A DNA stretch of 64,000 bases, taken from a candidate division WOR-3 bacterium. Its GTDB lineage: Bacteria; Hydrothermota; Tepidihabitantia; Tepidihabitantales; Tepidihabitantaceae. Location: assembly GCA_965648905.1 (NCBI GenBank), contig CBFGIT010000008.1:1-64000 (forward strand), written 5' to 3'. Numbering within the stretch: position 1 is the first letter of the stretch; every line of letters starts with the position of its first letter. The position numbers were made by a program, and so were the translations under genes. The notes beneath the pieces are model-generated. The model had not been told where the DNA came from and did no database searches. It was given only the letters and a program-made list of their open reading frames with translations. Positions 28,591 to 37,336 of the stretch are shown here, piece after piece.

Positions 28591-29988
28591 TCACCACACT
28601 CCGGTTCTCAAGTATTCGTCGATCGAGTTCGCAGCGAGCCGGCCTGCCCCCATTGCCAGAATCACGGTTGCGGCTCCGGTAACAATGTCGCCGCCCGCGA
28701 ACACGCCTTTCTTCGAAGTCCGACCGGTCTTCGGGTCGGCGATAATGTTGCCGTGCTTGGCCACAGAAATCCCGGGTGTGGTCTGAGGAATCAACGGATT
28801 CGGGCTGTTGCCGATCGCCACGACCACGGTATCCACCGCAATCCGGAACTCACTGCCTCGAACCGGAACCGGTCGCCGCCGGCCGCTGGCATCCGGCTCC
28901 CCCAGTTCCATCCTCAGACACTCGACCTCACGCACCCAGCCCTGCTCGTCGGCGATGTAGCGCAACGGGTTGGTCAGAAGATGGAACTCGATCCCCTCCT
29001 GCTCGGCGTGATGCACCTCAGCCGACCGGGCCGGCATCTCCTCGCGCGACCGGCGGTAGATGAGCATCGACTTCTCCGCCCCCAGCCTCAGGGCGGTCCG
29101 GGCCGAGTCCATGGCGACGTTGCCGCCGCCGATGGTCGCCACCCGCTTGCCCCGGACAATCGGCGTATCGTACTTCGGGAACAGGTAAGCCTTCATCAGA
29201 TTCGAACGGGTGAGGTACTCGTTGGCCGAGTAAATCCCGAGTGCATTCTCGCCCGGTATCCCCATGAAAGACGGCTGGCCGGCGCCGGTTCCGACAAACA
29301 CCGCGTCGAACTCGGCCAGGAGCTCATCGACGGTCTTGAGCTTGCCGACCACGTAGTTCAACTCCAGCTTGACACCCATCGACTGAACGAACTTCACCTC
29401 CCGCTCGACAATCGCCTTGGGCAGTCGGAACTCGGGAATACCGTAGACCAGCACTCCGCCCGGCTTGTGCAGCGCCTCAAACATCGTTACCGAGTGCCCC
29501 AGCTTGGCCAGGTCACTGGCCACGGTCAGCCCGGCCGGCCCGGCACCCACGACCGCAACTTTCTTACCGGTGGCAGGCTTCATCTCGCACATCACGCACT
29601 CGTTCTGCTCTGCCTCCCAGTCGGCAATGAACCGTTCCAGATTACCGATTGCCACCGACTCCATCTTTTTCGCCAATACGCACTGCCCCTCGCACTGAGT
29701 TTCCTGCGGACAGACCCGGCCGCAGATTGCGGGCAGCGTATTGGTCTGCTTCATCACCTTCATCGCCTCCCAGAAGTTGCCCAGAGCAATCTGGCCGATG
29801 AAACCCGGGATGTCGATGTTCACCGGGCAGCCCTGGACACAGCCCGGCTTCTTGCACTGCAGACAGCGTTTTGCTTCCTCAACCGCTTCTTCCGGTGAAT
29901 AGCCGAACGGGACCTCGTCGAAGTTCCGGGCCCTTGCCCCGGGTTCCTGCTCGCGCATCGCGGTCTTCTTCGGGCTAACCTTGGCCAC
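28591..29988 (-). CDS. NfnB/SudA-type NADPH-dependent oxidoreductase (GltD-like)
   Basis: RCLQCKKPGCVQGCP, CGRVCPQETQC, GAGPAG, YGIPEFRLPK, GGGNVAMD; GGAGG SD before GTG 29988. Confidence 0.92.
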   Translation of the reverse strand: MAKVSPKKTAMREQEPGARARNFDEVPFGYSPEEAVEEAKRCLQCKKPGCVQGCPVNIDIPGFIGQIALGNFWEAMKVMKQTNTLPAICGRVCPQETQCEGQCVLAKKMESVAIGNLERFIADWEAEQNECVMCEMKPATGKKVAVVGAGPAGLTVASDLAKLGHSVTMFEALHKPGGVLVYGIPEFRLPKAIVEREVKFVQSMGVKLELNYVVGKLKTVDELLAEFDAVFVGTGAGQPSFMGIPGENALGIYSANEYLTRSNLMKAYLFPKYDTPIVRGKRVATIGGGNVAMDSARTALRLGAEKSMLIYRRSREEMPARSAEVHHAEQEGIEFHLLTNPLRYIADEQGWVREVECLRMELGEPDASGRRRPVPVRGSEFRIAVDTVVVAIGNSPNPLIPQTTPGISVAKHGNIIADPKTGRTSKKGVFAGGDIVTGAATVILAMGAGRLAANSIDEYLRTGVW

Positions 29989-30847
29989 AGCAACCTCCCT
30001 GCCCGCGACCGCAGCATTGGACACTCTGTGCTTCGTAGAGCGCGAGCGACTGCTTCTCCTCGGCGAGGTAGGTCCGCAACCGCGCAATCAGAAGGTCAAA
30101 GTCAACCTTGTGACCATCGAACTCCGGCCCGTCCACGCAGGCCAGCTTGGTCTCACCGCCCACTTCCACCCGGCAGACCCCGCACATCCCGGTCGCGTCG
30201 AGCATGATCGGGTTCAGGGAGACAACCGTCGGGATACCGTACGGCTGGGTCAGCTTTGACACCATCTTCATCATGATGACCGGACCGACCGCGAAGACCT
30301 GGTCAACCTTCTCCCCACGGTCGATGACCCGCTGGAGCATGTCGGTGACGAAACCCTTGTTGCCGTTCGACCCGTCATCAGTCGCGACAATGAGCTCATC
30401 CGAAACCGCGGCCATCTCCTGGTCCATCAGTATCAGGTCTTTGTTCCGAAAACCGATGATCGAGATGACCCGATTACCTGCCTGCTTCAGGGCCCGGGCA
30501 ACCGGGAAGATCTCGGGCGTTCCTACCCCGCCGCCGATGCAGACCACGGTCCCGAACTTCTCGATGTGAGAAGGTCGGCCCAGAGGACCAATCAAATCCA
30601 TGATGCTGTCGCCCGCCTGCAACGTGCCCAGCAGCCGAGTTGACTTGCCGACCTCCTGGAAGACAATCACAAGAATACCCTTCTCCGGCACGACATCGGC
30701 AACGGTCAGAGGAATCCGCTCGCCTTCCTCGGTGACACGCAGCACGACGAACTGCCCGGGCTGAGCCTTGCGGCTGATTTCTGGAGCGTCAAGCTCGAAT
30801 CGCTTGATACCGGGCGACAACGACTGAACTGACAGAATCCTGGTCGT
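29975..30847 (-). CDS. NfnA/SudB-type ferredoxin-NADP reductase subunit (probable ACG start at 30847)
   Basis: PGQFVVLR, GERIPLT, GPLG, MLDATGMCGVCRV, ACVDGPEFDGH. Confidence 0.92.
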   Translation of the reverse strand, partial: TTRILSVQSLSPGIKRFELDAPEISRKAQPGQFVVLRVTEEGERIPLTVADVVPEKGILVIVFQEVGKSTRLLGTLQAGDSIMDLIGPLGRPSHIEKFGTVVCIGGGVGTPEIFPVARALKQAGNRVISIIGFRNKDLILMDQEMAAVSDELIVATDDGSNGNKGFVTDMLQRVIDRGEKVDQVFAVGPVIMMKMVSKLTQPYGIPTVVSLNPIMLDATGMCGVCRVEVGGETKLACVDGPEFDGHKVDFDLLIARLRTYLAEEKQSLALYEAQSVQCCGRGQGGCCGQG

Positions 30848-31412
30848 AGAGCCTCCTGATGCTTGAGATAACCGGCCGAGGTTGCGTAACTAACTGGGTT
30901 TCCGATGCTCAAGTTCAGGACCGTGTTCCACGCCGCGGAAACGGCCCGAACTGAGCAATAAGAATAACCATAAGCTGAGAAATGTCAATAGCACCTGCCA
31001 CCAACTCAAACCAAAAGTCCCCGGCTGGCCGGGGTTCTCCGGTGACGCCGGAATGTTGCCCGAGCGAGTGCTTCTGCCCGTCACCGCCGATAACCGTGCC
31101 ATCGGCGCTGCCAGCCCGCTCCGGCCTGCTGCCGGGCCGGCGACCGACATTGACAGAGCCTAATCCCGGCTGTAGCCTTAGTCGTCATTGTCAGACTGCC
31201 GAACGTTCCGGGGTGCGTGCGGAACTATCGTGTGGTGTCAGTCCACTCCCTGCCCCATGCGCCGCAATGCACCCCTTTGCTCGCACGGCTTGATTCCGGT
31301 CTGACCGACGCCGACCCGACCAACCCGTGACGCGAACTGCTAATCACATGCCCGACAGAACTCAAGCCGCCGGCTCAACTCGATTTCCTCCCCTGTTGCT
31401 GGCCGGCGCGGC

Positions 31413-32285
31413 ATGCCCATCGCCCTGATGCTCACCCCTGGCTGTCGGCACCTTTCCATTTTTCGCTCCCGGACGATGTCGTACAACGCCGGCGTGTTTG
31501 TGTCTGCCGGTCAGGCGATGCTTATTGACCCGGGAATCTTCCCGGACGAAATGGACCGACTCCGTGCTGCGGTGTATGAGCAGGACGCCGTGCCGGCCCG
31601 GCTGGTTATCACTCACAGCCACTGGGACCACCTGCTCGGGCCCGAGTACTTCCCGGATGTGCCGGTCGTGCAGCAGGTCGAAGCTGAGGCGGTGCTGGCC
31701 GAGTTCCGACCGGCAATTGAACGTCAGGTCACCGACTGGGAACGGCAGAACCGCATCGAACGTGAGCAGCCGTTCTTCTGTCCTGAGCCGGATGAGACAT
31801 TCGGGGCCCGGACCGAGCTCGCCGTCGGCAACGAAGCGCTGCAACTCATGCACGCACCCGGTCACGCCCCCGAACACCTTGTCGTGTATCACCCGGCATC
31901 CGGGCTGCTCTGGGCCGGCGACATGCTGAGCGACATCGAAATCCCCTTTGTCATGCACAGCCTTGTTTCTTACCAGCGCACGGTTGAAGCGCTGGCCCGC
32001 CTCGACGTGCGCGTGCTCGTGCCCGGACACGGACAGGCGACGAGCGACCCCAAGGAAATCCGCCGCCGCTTCGAGCGCGACCGAACCTACCTCGACCGAC
32101 TGCACGAAACGGTCGCGGCCGCAGTGGCGGCAGGCAGAAGCCCCTCCGAAACACTGCATGCCAGTGCCGGCCTGAGTCCGCTTCCTGGCAATGAGGAACC
32201 GCACCGGCTGAACGTCGAGACCGCATTCCTCGAGCTGGCCGGCCGACGCGAACCAGACCACAAAGGCTGGAGCCGACTGCAATGA
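31413..32285 (+). CDS. MBL-fold metallo-hydrolase
   Basis: THSHWDH, APGHAPE, AGDML, VPGHG. Confidence 0.9.
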   Translation: MPIALMLTPGCRHLSIFRSRTMSYNAGVFVSAGQAMLIDPGIFPDEMDRLRAAVYEQDAVPARLVITHSHWDHLLGPEYFPDVPVVQQVEAEAVLAEFRPAIERQVTDWERQNRIEREQPFFCPEPDETFGARTELAVGNEALQLMHAPGHAPEHLVVYHPASGLLWAGDMLSDIEIPFVMHSLVSYQRTVEALARLDVRVLVPGHGQATSDPKEIRRRFERDRTYLDRLHETVAAAVAAGRSPSETLHASAGLSPLPGNEEPHRLNVETAFLELAGRREPDHKGWSRLQ

Positions 32286-32968
32286 GAATCCTCGGCACAC
32301 TGATAAACGCCGGAGCGGTGATCGTCGGCAGCCTGGTCGGACTCGTGTTCCACACCCGTCTGCCCAGACGACTGACCGAGGTTGCATTCCAGGGCATTGG
32401 CCTGTTCACCTTGTTCATCGGGTTCACGATGGCTGCCAAAACCCAGCACCTGCTGGTGCTCGTTTTTTCGATTGTCCTCGGTGCCGTTGCCGGTGAACTG
32501 GCGGCAATCGACCGTCACCTGAACCGGCTCGGCGACTGGCTCAAGACGAAACTCAAGTCCACCAATGCTCGTTTCACTGAAGGGATGGTTGCGGCGTTCC
32601 TCTTGTTCTGTATGGGCTCGATGACCGTGCTCGGAGCAATCGAAGAAGGCCTGGGCGCCAGACCGAACCTCCTCGTTGCCAAGTCGGTGCTCGACGGCTT
32701 TGCCTCAGCCGCACTGGCCGCGTCTCTGGGCGTCGGCGTGCTTTTCTCGGTCATTCCGCTGCTGGTCTACCAGGGAACTCTGACCGTCTTTGCCGGCTCG
32801 CTCCGTCCGGTCCTATCCGACCCGGTTGTGAACGAAATCACTGCGGTCGGCGGACTGATTCTCGTAGGGCTCGGAATCAACATCCTCGAATTGCGGCAAC
32901 TCCGAGTCCTGAACATGCTGCCCGCGCTGGTTGTCGCCGGCGTGCTGGCCGCCCTGTTTGTCCGATGA
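32282..32968 (+). CDS. DUF554-family membrane protein
   Basis: GTLINAGAVIVG, LLFCMGSM, KSVLDG, NMLPAL. Confidence 0.9.
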   Translation: MRILGTLINAGAVIVGSLVGLVFHTRLPRRLTEVAFQGIGLFTLFIGFTMAAKTQHLLVLVFSIVLGAVAGELAAIDRHLNRLGDWLKTKLKSTNARFTEGMVAAFLLFCMGSMTVLGAIEEGLGARPNLLVAKSVLDGFASAALAASLGVGVLFSVIPLLVYQGTLTVFAGSLRPVLSDPVVNEITAVGGLILVGLGINILELRQLRVLNMLPALVVAGVLAALFVR

Positions 32969-32986
32969 AGCTCTAGTCGAGAAGCA

Positions 32987-33010
32987 TCGCCCCTCCTTGC
33001 GGAGGGGCGA
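32987..33010. terminator. hairpin between convergent genes
   Basis: TCGCCCCTCC-ttgc-GGAGGGGCGA. Confidence 0.7.
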
Positions 33011-33031
33011 CTCCATTCCGAAAGCGCGCGG

Positions 33032-33658
33032 CTAGTCTACTGCCTGTACGCTCCTCGGCTGCAGGGAGAAATCTATCCCGGTCACCGGCTGGCCGTTCTC
33101 GATGACAACCGGTTCAGGATACGTCGCGCACGAGTACCCTGACTTCATTGCCTTCACTGTGTACGAACCATCGGCCAGACCGGCAATCGTGTAGGTGCCG
33201 TCATCTCCAGTCATGGCATAGCGGCCGCAACTGCCGGCCGTTACCTTGGCCCCGGCAATTGGCTCACCGGTCGCCGCGTCAGTAACCCGGCCGGAAATTG
33301 AGCCGCTGCCACCTCCACCGCCCATCGGTCTGAGCGCGATGTCGATTCCGGTCACGGCCTGACCTTCCTCAACCCGCACCGGCGTGGGGTAAGTCTTGGC
33401 GTAGTAGGCGCCGCACTTCATCGCCTTGACCGAATAGCTGCCCGGGGCAAGACTACTGATGGTGTAGGTTCCGTCGCCTGCGGTAGTTGCGGAGCGACCG
33501 CAGCCACCGACCGTAACCTTGGCGCCGGCGATTGGTGCGCCGGTCACGGAATCGGTAATCGTCCCTGATATCGACCCGGTTCCAAGGTCGCCCTTGGGAA
33601 CCGAGACCGCAGCAAACAATAGCGTCGCACACGCGACCAGGACTGCGAACGTCTTCAT
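33032..33658 (-). CDS. secreted protein with two carboxypeptidase-regulatory-like (CnaB-type) domains
   Basis: Two GSISG.(I/V)TD..TG.PIAGAKVT...GDGTYTI..L..GSY repeats joined by a GGGGGS linker. Confidence 0.85.
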   Translation of the reverse strand: MKTFAVLVACATLLFAAVSVPKGDLGTGSISGTITDSVTGAPIAGAKVTVGGCGRSATTAGDGTYTISSLAPGSYSVKAMKCGAYYAKTYPTPVRVEEGQAVTGIDIALRPMGGGGGSGSISGRVTDAATGEPIAGAKVTAGSCGRYAMTGDDGTYTIAGLADGSYTVKAMKSGYSCATYPEPVVIENGQPVTGIDFSLQPRSVQAVD

Positions 33659-33758
33659 CGATGCTCCTGTTAGTTTGTGGACCGTGGATTATCATAGCCG
33701 GTGCAGACCACAAGTCAAGCCAGGCTTGCACGCGGCTTCTCTCTGTCTATTATCAGTC

Positions 33759-34505
33759 GTGTTCAGACTTCTGCTCCTTATCCTGCCCGGCTTGGTTCTC
33801 GGTCAGTTCGTCGAACTCGGCCCCGGCGGCACGCTCCTGATGAACGTGCCCTACTGCGGCGGCTGAGGCGACGGTGAGCGGTACCAGGTTCTGGTACTTG
33901 CCTCCGAGATGCCCGGGCCCTGCACCATCGATTCGGTCCAGCTCCTTTGCGGCAGCGATGAGTATGACCACGGCATCTTCTACAACTCGCTCATCCTCGC
34001 CTGCCACACATCGGTCGGCGAACTGGAGAGCACCTTTGACCGTAACTACACAGGCAACGTCCCAGAAACCGTTATGTCCGCTAACCCGCTCGTGCTGCAA
34101 TGGGTCAACAACCAGTGGCACGGGCTCGCATTCAACCGCCCGTTCAGCTACAACGGCATCGACAATCTGATTCTCGAATACCGCTGGCAGGGTGATGACG
34201 GCAACTCGGTCTACGACCGTGGGTTCTACACGGTCGGCAACCGAGCCTGTGACGCCCGGTCATCAACCGCCCCGCGCGGCACCCCTCGCAACTACATGCC
34301 ACGCCACCGCATCTTCTACTCGCTCACCGCGGTCGAAGAACCCGCCGCTCTCCGGTCAAGCCGACCGTCGCCTTCGGTCTGTGCCGGCACCGACCACGGC
34401 CTGCTCTACGACGCTCTCGGCCGACCGGTCGCGCAGACCCCAACCGGCGTCTATTTCCGGGTCCAACCTCGGGGCCGCTCGGCCCGTCTGCTTATCATCC
34501 GGTAG
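33759..34505 (+). CDS. secreted putative selenoprotein (CGGU, Sec at TGA 33864-33866) with short T9SS-like C-terminal domain
   Basis: Signal peptide from GTG 33759 in frame with 33909-34505 across one TGA; SECIS-like hairpin; C-terminal LYDALGRPV..PTGVYF....LLIIR. Confidence 0.75.
33878..33901 (+). promoter_or_regulatory. putative bacterial SECIS element
   Basis: GCGGTACCAG-GTT-CTGGTACTTGC starting 11 nt after the TGA. Confidence 0.7.
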
Positions 34506-34563
34506 CGGGCTTTTTCGTTAGACATTGGACATCACATCGCTATAATGACCTCTTACCCTACCA

Positions 34564-35010
34564 ATGAGTATCGACGACCCGCCGAACGCAGGCTTTGAAC
34601 CAAAGATCGTCGCGTTCCTGTGCAACTGGTGCTCCTATGCCGGTGCTGACCTGGCCGGCATCTCCCGCATCCAGTACCCGCCGTCAATCCGCGTCATTCG
34701 CGTCCCCTGCTCAGGCCGGGTTGACCCGTTCTACATCCTGAAGGCGCTCCAGAACGGTGCTGACGGCGTGCTCGTCTCCGGCTGCCACCCGGGCGACTGC
34801 CACTACCTTACCGGCAACTACGTTGCCCGGCGCCGGTTCGCAGTGCTCAACGACCTCCTGGAGTTTGCCGGCATCGACCCGGGCCGGGTCAGCTTCTCCT
34901 GGGTTTCGGCTGCGGAAGGCGAGCGCTTTGCCGAAGTCGTGCGCGAAGTCACGGAGAAAGTCCGGCAACTCGGGCCGAACCGCAAACTGGTCAAGGAGTC
35001 GGTTGGATGA
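34564..35010 (+). CDS. mvhD: MvhD/FlxD-like 2Fe-2S subunit
   Basis: FLCNWCSYAGAD, PCSGRVDP, GCHPGDCHY, WVSAAEG. Confidence 0.92.
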   Translation: MSIDDPPNAGFEPKIVAFLCNWCSYAGADLAGISRIQYPPSIRVIRVPCSGRVDPFYILKALQNGADGVLVSGCHPGDCHYLTGNYVARRRFAVLNDLLEFAGIDPGRVSFSWVSAAEGERFAEVVREVTEKVRQLGPNRKLVKESVG

Positions 35011-35852
35011 ACCGCCAGGACCAGCTCCGCCAGCGTGCCCGGGAGCTGCTCGAAGGCAAAGAGGTAGTTCTGGTGCTCGGCTACCGGTCAGGCCGACGAC
35101 CCGGAACTGCCACGCCCGCGTTCATCACCCGTCCTGAGGATGCCGACAAACTGGTCTTCGACGACCGCTGCGGCATGAACCTGGCCGCGTACCTGCCGCG
35201 CGTCAAGAGCCGAGGCAGGATTGCCATCGTTGCCAAAGGCTGCGACTCGCGTTCCATTGTCACGCTGCTTAAAGAGAAACAGGTCACGCGCGACCAGCTC
35301 TTCATCCTTGGAGTCGCCTGCGAGGGCGTCAAGGAGCAGGGCCGGCTCAGCGACTCTTGTACCACCTGCGAATACCCCAACCCGGTAGTCTTCGACGAGA
35401 TGATAGGAGACACATCTCGAGGACGCGATTCCGCATCGTGTCCCCGGGCCCAAAACGACTTCGAGAAGCTCTCCGCGGATGAACGCTGGCAGGTATTGAT
35501 GGACGACGTCTCCCGCTGCATCCGCTGCTATGCCTGCCGCCAGGTCTGTCCCAACTGCTACTGTCCGACCTGCTTTGTCGACGCGAACAACCCGCAGTGG
35601 GTCGGCAAGACCACGTCCGGTCCAGACAACATGATGTTCCATCTCATGCGGGCCATGCACATGGCCGGTCGCTGTGTCGAGTGCGGCACGTGCAGCCGGG
35701 CCTGCCCGATGAGTATTGACCTGATGAGGTTCAACCGCAAGGTAGCGCAGATAGTCAAAGACCGGTTCGGTGCGGTCGCGGGTCTGAACCCGGACGAACC
35801 GCCCGCCCTCGCCGCGTTTGACCCGAACGACCGGCAGGAGTTCATCAAGTGA
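35007..35852 (+). CDS. 4Fe-4S dicluster protein (FlxC/FdhB-like)
   Basis: KGCDSR, CIRCYACRQVCPNCYC, HMAGRCVECGTCSRACP. Confidence 0.85.
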   Translation: MNRQDQLRQRARELLEGKEVVLVLGYRSGRRPGTATPAFITRPEDADKLVFDDRCGMNLAAYLPRVKSRGRIAIVAKGCDSRSIVTLLKEKQVTRDQLFILGVACEGVKEQGRLSDSCTTCEYPNPVVFDEMIGDTSRGRDSASCPRAQNDFEKLSADERWQVLMDDVSRCIRCYACRQVCPNCYCPTCFVDANNPQWVGKTTSGPDNMMFHLMRAMHMAGRCVECGTCSRACPMSIDLMRFNRKVAQIVKDRFGAVAGLNPDEPPALAAFDPNDRQEFIK

Positions 35853-36925
35853 AACCCGGCATCATCACGGCCCAAGAACTGGCTCGGCTCGTGGCCGAGT
35901 GGGCCAAGACCAGCGCGGTCTTTGCCCCGGTCAGGGTGAAGAACTGGACCGAGTTCCGGCGCATATCTTCGCTCGGCGAGGCCGACCTTACGCGCGTGAA
36001 CACCAAGCTGTCTGCCCGCACTCTGCTCTTTCCTCAGTGCGAGACGATGTTCCGGTTCAGGACTGACCGGCCGGCAGACCCAGAAGAACCGGCCCTGCCT
36101 GAGAAACAGGTCATCCTCGGTATTCGTCCGTGTGATGCTGCCGGCATCGCACTGCTCGACAAGTTCTTCTGTGGTCAGGGCGAAACCGACACCTACTACC
36201 AGCGCCGCCGCGCCAAGACGGTGCTTGTCGGCCTTGCCTGCAATGCTCCGGCCGACACCTGCTTCTGCTTGGCAGTTGGTGGTTCACCGGCAGGCTTGCG
36301 CGGGCTCGACCTGCTGCTCACCGACTTGGGCGACAGGTACCTGGCTGAACCAGTTACCGACGCCGGCGCTGCCCTTCTGATACCAATCGGAGAGACTCTC
36401 AGGCCGGCAACCGATGCTGATACGGCGAAGAAGCAGGAACTGGCCGAGCAGGCCGGCGCTGCGATTACCGGGCGCATCGACACCCCAAGACTCAAGGCCC
36501 TGCTCGACAACTCAGACCAGAGCCCGGTATGGGAGGAACTCAGCCTCGCCTGCGTCAACTGCGGAGCCTGCACCTTTGTCTGCCCGACCTGCCATTGCTT
36601 CGACGTCACGGACGAGACCGGCAAAGGCCAGGGCGCGCGCATCAGGGTCTGGGACACCTGTCAGGCCTGCCTTTACTCCCAGCACGCCTCAGGCCACAAC
36701 CCGCGTGCCACTCCTGCGGCCCGATTCCGCAACCGGACCATGGACAAGTTCAAGTACACGGTCGAAATATACGGCGAAGTCTCCTGCGTCGGCTGCGGCC
36801 GCTGCATCATCGAGTGTCCAGCCGGGATTGACGTTAGAGAAACGGTGCAGACGTTGACCGCAGCACTGCAGGCAGAACCGGAGCCGGACGCAGTGCAGAA
36901 GGCAAAGTGCAAAACAGGCAACTGA
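35849..36925 (+). CDS. 4Fe-4S protein, AsrA/HydB/FlxB-like
   Basis: GIRPCD, CFC, CVNCGACTFVCPTCHCF, CVGCGRCIIECP. Confidence 0.88.
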   Translation: MKPGIITAQELARLVAEWAKTSAVFAPVRVKNWTEFRRISSLGEADLTRVNTKLSARTLLFPQCETMFRFRTDRPADPEEPALPEKQVILGIRPCDAAGIALLDKFFCGQGETDTYYQRRRAKTVLVGLACNAPADTCFCLAVGGSPAGLRGLDLLLTDLGDRYLAEPVTDAGAALLIPIGETLRPATDADTAKKQELAEQAGAAITGRIDTPRLKALLDNSDQSPVWEELSLACVNCGACTFVCPTCHCFDVTDETGKGQGARIRVWDTCQACLYSQHASGHNPRATPAARFRNRTMDKFKYTVEIYGEVSCVGCGRCIIECPAGIDVRETVQTLTAALQAEPEPDAVQKAKCKTGN

Positions 36926-37275
36926 CATTGAGGGACCTGAAGGAACGGCTATTGGACTTCGCCACTGTGTGCTTGAAACTGCACGGCAAGCTGGGTCGCA
37001 CTGTGCCCGGCCGGTACATTGGCGGTCAGATGATGCGCTCGAGTTCTTCTGCCGGAGCCAACTACTACGAGGCCTGTGGTGCGGAAAGCCGGGCGGACTT
37101 TGCCCACAAACTCCAGATCGTACTCAAAGAACTGCGCGAGACTGAGTACTGGCTGAAGCTCGCCGGTCGAGGCGGCCTACTCTCGCCGGATGACGTCAAA
37201 CTAGCCGCAACCGAAGCGGACGAACTGGCTCGCATCATCGCTAAATCTGTCCTTACTACCAAGTCGAGAACGTGA
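36907..37275 (+). CDS. four-helix-bundle protein (TIGR02436/IVP-like); start may be TTG 36928
   Basis: DLKERLLDFA, QMMRSSSSAGANYYEA, ESRADFAHKL, KELRETEYWL. Confidence 0.9.
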   Translation: MQNRQLTLRDLKERLLDFATVCLKLHGKLGRTVPGRYIGGQMMRSSSSAGANYYEACGAESRADFAHKLQIVLKELRETEYWLKLAGRGGLLSPDDVKLAATEADELARIIAKSVLTTKSRT

Positions 37276-37336
37276 TGAGCCTGCGTCCCGGTTTTGCCTT
37301 GCCCGTTCTGCACTTTGACTTGACCATTGCATCCTC

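Noticed and set aside
28753..29898. Long antisense ORFs (also 47332-48660, 2804-3670, 53465-54385, 39890-40762)
   Set aside because: Shadows of well-supported genes caused by high GC3 codon bias.
31021..31150. Possible fifth 12-bp array (CCG recurring at lag 12 in 5 of 9 units)
   Set aside because: Too short and weak for GC-rich DNA, with no correctly placed 25-bp site.
33864..33866. Genome-wide UGA reassignment (code 4/25)
   Set aside because: TGA terminates conserved genes at their expected ends (serS, rplO, rpmD, iscU, ddl), so read-through must be site-specific.
34600..34640. Selenocysteine in MvhD
   Set aside because: The CNWC motif is encoded by TGC codons; there is no in-frame TGA.
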